From Octopus bimaculoides (taxonomy: Eukaryota), in the NCBI RefSeq assembly GCF_001194135.2, contig NC_068982.1, forward strand, positions 38,445,330 to 38,485,509: a DNA stretch of 40,180 bases, in the 5' to 3' direction. Under the pieces are notes generated by a model, which was not told the origin of the DNA, ran no database searches, and saw nothing but the letters and a program-made list of their open reading frames with translations. The translations under genes were made by a program, and so were the position numbers. How positions within the stretch are numbered: the first letter of the stretch is position 1; every line of letters starts with the position of its first letter. Positions 34,139 to 40,180 of this stretch are shown piece by piece.

Positions 34139-34333
34139 TCATTTCCTTAACCTAGTTCCTTTCTTCAGATTTATAGGTGCTTCACTATCGCAACCATTTA
34201 TAAACACAACTACGTTTGTGACATCTCTGTTAGGTCTGCTTGATCGAAGTTGACTTAGACAACACATCAACAACAACAATGATGACAAGTGCTCGTTGCA
34301 TACTCCTTCATTTTCTGCATACAAGATTGATCC
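34139..34333 (-). other. Candidate terminal exon of an unidentified minus-strand gene
   Basis: ttttattAG acceptor; 64-codon open frame to TGA at 34139, or alternative frame DQSCMQKMKEYATSTCHHCCC*; no homology recognised. Confidence 0.25.
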
Positions 34334-34439
34334 CTAATAAAAGTCATCATCTACTTGGTAATTAACTCTTTTACTAATGAAGGGTAACTATGTAGCTTAT
34401 ACTATTGTTCTTATGTAGCTCAAACTATTATCTTTACAA

Positions 34440-35400
34440 CTGCTGATCATCATCGTCATCATCATTTTACATCTACTTTTCATGCTAGCTTGGGTTGGAC
34501 GTTTTATTGGATTCAATGGGTGAGAGGAGCACTTTTGACTTCAGTGTCACAGTTTTGGTATGATTGCAATGGCTAAATGCCTTTCATAATGCCAACCACT
34601 TTACTGTGTGTACTGGGTACTTACAAGACTGAAGAAGACCTTGGTCTGAGAGGAAGGACAGAAGATATGGTGGTTGTTTTAAAGCGAGGTATTGTTGGGG
34701 GAGCAGGAACAGGTGAAGATTTATGGCCTCCATGTATTTTACACTGGTGTCAAGCAGTGAGAGCTGAGCAAAAACACACACACACACGTTAAATGATGAT
34801 GATGATTTATGTGTGTGTGTGTATATATATATATATATTATTTGTTTCAGTCATTTGACTGCGGCCATGCTGGAGCACCACCTTTAGTCGAGCAAATCGA
34901 CCCCAGGACTTATTCTTTGTAAGCCTAGTACTTATTCTATCAGGCTCTTTTGCCAAACTGCTAAGTTACAGGGATGTAAACACACCACCATCGGTTGTCA
35001 AGCAATGGTAGGGGAACAAACACTGGCACACAAATATATATATACATATACACACACACACACATATATATATTTATATATACGACGGGCTTCTTTCAGT
35101 TTCCATCTAGCAAATCCACTCACAAGGTTTTGGTCGGCCCAAAGCTTAGAAGACATTTGCCCAAGGTGCCACACAGTGAGACTGAACCCGGAACCATGTG
35201 GTTGGTAAGTAAACTACTTACCACACAGCCACTCCTGCGCCTATACAGCAGGTTTCTATGCATTTATCAAATTCACCCACAAAGCACTGGTTAGTCCGGG
35301 GCTATCGTAGAAGACACTTACCAAAACACTGTGATGGCACTGATCCTGAAACCATAGGATTACAAAGTGTGCCTCTCAACCATACATTCATACCTACACC
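34440..35400 (-). mobile_element. Reverse (GAT)n-tailed copy (~34440-34620) and family-B SINE copies (~34840-35245, ~35250-35400)
   Basis: catcatcat..catgctagc..gggttggac; ttgtttcagtcatttgactgcggccatgctggagcacc...gaacccggaaccatgtggttggtaag. Confidence 0.85.
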
Positions 35401-35439
35401 TGCATGCACATGTGTGTTTGATGAAGAAGTTTGTTATTG

Positions 35440-36573
35440 ATGTAAGGTATCATGAAAGAAAACAACTGAAGGATATGTAGAGAAAATTGGTGATGTTGTG
35501 ACTAAACAGTTTAGGTTTAGTTACGCTATTATTTTCACCAATTAAAGAGGTAAACTTTGGTTAAGCTAGAAAGACGAGATGCAAGAGCATTAATAGGAAT
35601 GTGACATAATTTTATGATGCTCAGAAAAATAGAGAACATTTTAATAATGTTAAAAGTTGCAAGGCAATACTTGCTGAAGGTGAGTTTTTTCTTAGCTGTT
35701 GTTGAGCTGGTAACTTGCAGTCAGTATTCTGTTGTAGGATTGAAGGGCTGCAATGTTTTTCAGCCTTGGAAAATTGTCTACATGCTATATTGGCTTTATG
35801 TACATATTATATAAGATAATCAGATGTATATTTTTTTTTACTTAACACACACATGCTTGCACTCATATTAACTGAATCCAATCATTTAGATTATCCAAAC
35901 CACAAAAAAAAAAAAGAACATGAGACATTAACAACACTACTCTCAGTCCTGATTTCTAAAACCTGGAAGTGTTTATATTAACCAGACACACTGCTATCCT
36001 GTTCTCAAATTAAAAATGAAAAGCTAATTTAACCTATAGAAATAATGAGATGAGATATGATGGAGCTGAGTTTTACTTATGCCTCCAGTATATTTTGAAG
36101 TTTATTGAAAATGAGAAAGCTAGAAATGATTGAATGGCTTGTGAGAACAATTCAAGTCATTGGAAGATAATTATAATTAATGGTATAGTTAGTGTGGAAT
36201 TCATTGCAAGAACTTAGATATTAATTATCTACAAGAACTTATAATAAGGTCATGAAGTGTTATGCTGGACAAAATACTTTGCAGCATTTTGTCTGTCTTT
36301 ACATTCTGAGTTCAAATTCCACTGAGGTTGACTTTGCCTTTCATTTTTTTGGGGTTGATGAAGTAAGATTATTTATACATAATTATTATTTTCAATCATT
36401 AGTTATAATGGAGTTAGAAAGATCTTACTAGTATGTTGGTATTGCTGTCAATGAAAACATTTAAAGTTTACCTTTCTTTGTGATAAAAAACAATAATGTA
36501 AACAACTGAATCTGAATTTTTTAGTCACATCATCTGCATATTCTTCAGTTTTCTCTTTCATAGTACCCTACAT
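35440..36573. repeat. Diverged ~110-bp inverted pair (35440-35558 / 36463-36573), possible old transposon termini
   Basis: atgta.ggta..atgaaaga..actgaag.atatg.aga..gtgactaaa..ggtaaacttt on opposite strands. Confidence 0.6.
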
Positions 36574-36599
36574 TGACAGCATATGGTACTTTTTCACCT

Positions 36600-36950
36600 A
36601 GAACTCATTGTCTATTCACATCCTATGTTCATACCTGTGCAGTCATCCCTTACAAACATTCATTCATCAACTTGCTACTACCATTAACTCAAAGATATGC
36701 TGTTTCTCCTCTTTGCCTCTTCTTTCACTATTAAAATGTCTGTTGTTCTTTTAAACTAGCAAAGTGTATAACACCCCCACATATTGCACTTGCCTCTCCT
36801 CTTATCATTCCTGTTGTGCTCAACTCCCCAAACCACATACTAAACATTTTACTTTATCATTTCTACATTTAACTACAACTCTCTGGAATTCCCTTTTTGC
36901 CCATCATCATCCCTTTTATATTTTTCGTATATCTATGCTTTTATTTCATG
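36600..36950 (+). mobile_element. 3' fragment of a CR1/L2-type LINE
   Basis: LLPLTQRYAVSPLCLF and QLPKPHTKHFTLSFLHLTTTLWNSL resemble CR1/L2 C-terminal SLCLFY / SFFPRTxxLWNSLP. Confidence 0.7.
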
Positions 36951-37124
36951 AAAAGTGTAAGGTGTGAACTGAGTAAGATTTGGTTGATATTTCCAGCAAG
37001 GAGGTGGCTGTATTTCTGTCGACATGAAATGCATATGAATGGTAGCTACTGGATGAAAATAAATATGCTTTGTATTGAGAAGGTAGATAAATGAAAAGTA
37101 ATGAGGTGAAATGTGCTACAACAA

Positions 37125-37455
37125 GGTTTCACTTAAAAACTGGCACTCTGTCGGTTACACTGACAAGGGTTCTAGATCAATGGAACAGCTTGCTTGTGAA
37201 ATTAACATGCAAGTGGTTGCACACTCCACAAACATGCATACTTTTAATGTAATTCTCAGAGAGATTTAGTGTGACACAAAATGTAATAAGGCTGGCCCTT
37301 TGAATTGCTGGTACAACTCATTTTTGTCAGCTGAGTGGACTGAAGCAACATGAAATAAAGTGTCTTGCTCAAGGACAAAATGCACTGCCAGGAATCGAAC
37401 TCATGACATGACGATTGTGAGTTGAAAACCCTAATCACTTCACCATGGGCCTTCA
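37125..37455 (-). mobile_element. Family-C SINE
   Basis: ..cagctgagtggactgaagcaacatgaaataaagtgtcttgctcaagg..ggaatcgaactcatgac.. (reverse tRNA head). Confidence 0.85.
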
Positions 37456-37614
37456 CTAATGATATGAAATAAAACAAAAAAGACTGATTATATGTCATAC
37501 TGCAGACCCATCCAGTGTATTCTACTATTGAACAAAAGATATCAAAATTATAATTAGTACATACCTAAAAACATATATATCTACATACCTACCTACCTGC
37601 ATACATACACATGA

Positions 37615-37645
<31 letters not shown>

Positions 37646-38359
37646 GCTAAAAACTACAGCTATCACTTACAAGTGAGTATAATTTGGTAGCAGGCATCAT
37701 ACTTTCTACTAGTTGCTTTAGTTGTCTATTTAGTTGTGAGCATACATAGACATCCTCTCAGAAATCCAGTAGAACATTCAGAAGAGAAAAAAAAGCTGCA
37801 CCAGTATTTGGCTGATAGTCATTTCATCAGAATTAACTGCAGCAACAGGAAATGAAATGCTTTGCATAAGGTCACCAAGCAATGCTCACTCTAAGAACTG
37901 AATTCTCAATGTTATGATCATAAGCCCAACACTCTAACCACTTAGCTACATACCTTCACCCACACACATGCATGCGCCCATGCGCGCACACACACACACA
38001 CAAAATTTATTGTTGGTTAATCCAGGATTAGTGAAATATGCTAATATGAAAAGTACTCACATTTGGGTAAATAATAATGTACAGTTCAAAAGAAAACAAA
38101 AATTAATAAACCAAACAAGCTTACTAACTGTAAAGACATGGCAACTTGCTTTTAGCACCAAATTATTCCTGATTATTTTCTGTACAGCAGGTTTACACTT
38201 TTGTACATATATCTCACAAGTAATCTAGAATGAAATTTGATGTGGCAAAAAAATTCATTCTAGAGAACAAATAAAGCAGGCATGGGTAACCTTTTTTTTG
38301 AGAGACAGGCTGCATGAGACATGGCTCATTATCCGACACTAGCTGCAATTAAAATTCAA

Positions 38360-39090
38360 GGCAGCAAGCTGGCAGAAACGTTAGCGTGCCGGGCAAGGTA
38401 CTTAGCGGTATTTCATCTACCGTTACGTTCTGAGTCCAAATTCTGCCGAGGTCGACTTTGCCTTTCATCCTTTCGGGGTCGATAAATAAAGCACCAGTTA
38501 CGCACTGGTGTCAATGTAATCAACTTAATCCCTTTGTCTGTCCTTGTTTGTCCCCTCTATGTTTAGCCCCTTGTGGGCAATAAAGAAATAAGTAGCTGCA
38601 ATTATTTCCTGGATTTTGTGGTGTATATATTCCCTACCCTCTGGATGGTGTGCTGGTCTGTCACAGAATTACTCATTTTTGTCAGCTGAGTGGACTGGAG
38701 CAATGTGAAATGAAGTGTCTTGCTCAAGAACAAATGCCTCAATTGATCAAGGAATTGAAACCTCAATCTTATGATCATGAGTGCAACATTCCAGCCACTA
38801 AGCCACATGTCTCCACATCACCCACTTTTTAATGTTCGGTCAGTTTCACCAAGTTGAACAGTGGTACCATGGAGATAATTGGTAGGAATATCAGGATTAG
38901 TGTTAGGGCAGTGTGCTGGCAGAATTGTTAGCACACCAGGCAAAATGTTTAGCAGCATTTCACCTATCTTTGCATTCTGAATTCAAATGCCGAGGTAGAC
39001 TTTGCCTTTCATCCTTTTGGGGGTCAATAAAATAAGTACCAGTTGAGCACTAGGAATGATGTAAATGACTTAGCCCCTCCCACAATACTG
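38360..39090. mobile_element. Family-A SINEs (+, ~38360-38590 and ~38905-39090) around a family-C fragment (-, ~38600-38810)
   Basis: gctggcagaa..gtcgactttgcctttcatcctttcggggtcgata; cagctgagtggactggagcaatgtg. Confidence 0.85.
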
Positions 39091-39259
39091 CTAGCCTAAT
39101 ATTGAAACTTATATTAGAATCAGTGTTTTATTATCTTGCAGTGCTGAGTTCAACTCTTCCTGTGGTTTTAACTTCGAGAAGGATCGATTTTACTTGCTTT
39201 AACTGCTCTAAATATACATGAAGATGAAAGCTTATTTAGAGCTTGCTGTCATCCATGGG

Positions 39260-39436
39260 AGTCATCATCATTATCATCATCATCATCGTTTAACGTTCGC
39301 TTTCCATGCTAGCATGGGTTGGACTGTTTGACTGAGAACCGGCAAGCTGGGAGGCTGCACCAGGCTCCAATTTGATCTGGCAAGGTTTCTACAGCTGGAT
39401 GCCCTTCCTAACGCAAACCACTCTAAGAGTGTAGTG
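39260..39436 (-). mobile_element. (GAT)n-tailed retroposon 3' end, reverse
   Basis: catcatcatcgtttaacg..ttccatgctagcatgggttggac..ctacagctggatgcccttcctaacg. Confidence 0.9.
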
Positions 39437-39790
39437 GGTGCTTTTTACGTGCCACTGGCATGGGAGCCAGTCATGTGGCATTGGCATTGACCATGCTCAA
39501 ATGGTGCTTTTTACATGCTGGGAGCCAGTCAGGAAGTACTGGCATCAGCCATGCTTGAATGGTGCTTTTTACATGCCACCGGCATGGGTGCCAGTCAGGT
39601 GGTACTGGCATCAGCCATGCTTGAATGGTACTTATTACATGCCACCGGCACGGGTGCCAGTCACATGGCACTGGTATTGGTCATGACTACAATTTCATGG
39701 CACTAGTATTGGCAGTACTCGAATGGTGCTTTTTACATGCCACCAGCACAGGTGCCAGTCAGGTGGTACTGGCATCGACCATCACTACGA
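39437..39790. repeat. Tandem array of ~5 imperfect units (core 66 bp) within the retroposon
   Basis: ggtgctttttacatgccaccggcatgggtgccagtcagg..tactggcatc.. units start at 39437, 39503, 39561, 39627, 39725. Confidence 0.85.
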
Positions 39791-40039
39791 TTTCATTTGG
39801 CTCAATAGGTCTTCTCGAGCACAGCAGAGCAGTAGATGACATTGCTAGAAGTGCAGGTGAAGGAGTTGGTGATATTTTTTTTTTAAATTACCCATCATAT
39901 ATAAATGTATATACACAAACATGTATGTATGAGTGTATGCATGTGAATACATATATATATATATATATATATATACATAGATAGATATAGTATACCCACT
40001 TAAGAGGTTTGTAGGTACCAATATAGCTTTTGTGTTTTT

Positions 40040-40180
40040 TTTGTTGGCACTCCGTCGCTTACGACATCGAGGGTTCCAGTTGATCCGATCAACGGAACAG
40101 CCTGCTCGTGAAATTAACGTGCAAGTGGATGAGCACTCTCCACAGACACGTGTACCCTTAACGTAGTTCTTGGGGATATT
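40040..40180 (-). mobile_element. Family-C SINE 3' part, young (CpGs intact), cut by window end
   Basis: ggcactccgtcgcttacgacatcgagggttccagttgatccgatcaacggaacagcctgctcgtgaaattaacgtgcaag; older version at ~37140. Confidence 0.8.

Noticed and set aside
39437-39790. CRISPR-like array or repeat protein (ORFs 39438-39984)
   Set aside because: No unique spacers, units are imperfect tandem copies in a eukaryotic retroposon, no cas genes; ORFs are by-products of the repeat.

Overview
AT-rich animal genomic DNA with spliceosomal introns. The SINE families look like those of Octopus (recognised from memory, not verified). Two protein-coding genes can be reconstructed, both on +. (1) The last four exons (1140-3326) of a RING-H2 protein I cannot name. 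(2) A complete IBA57 (CAF17/YgfZ family, mitochondrial Fe-S maturation): six coding exons at 17655-33594, 413 aa by my splicing, plus a probable non-coding first exon ending at 13544 in a CpG-rich region. The rest is mostly transposon debris: tRNA-derived SINEs, RTE and CR1/L2 LINE ends, mariner/Tc1/maT relics and several fold-back MITEs. I found no CRISPR array, rRNA, genuine tRNA or demonstrable new multi-gene system. Best leads: a decayed intron-containing Chapaev-type (RAG1-related) transposase at ~7.3-9.4 kb; an inverted telomeric-repeat fold-back inside a long-TIR element in IBA57 intron 1; a mariner with two 5' ends; and an ATG-first, 510-nt, stop-free IBA57 exon flanked by inverted SINEs (candidate circRNA with an endless ORF). 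Exon boundaries were read base by base. Repeat boundaries are approximate and identities are by-eye estimates.
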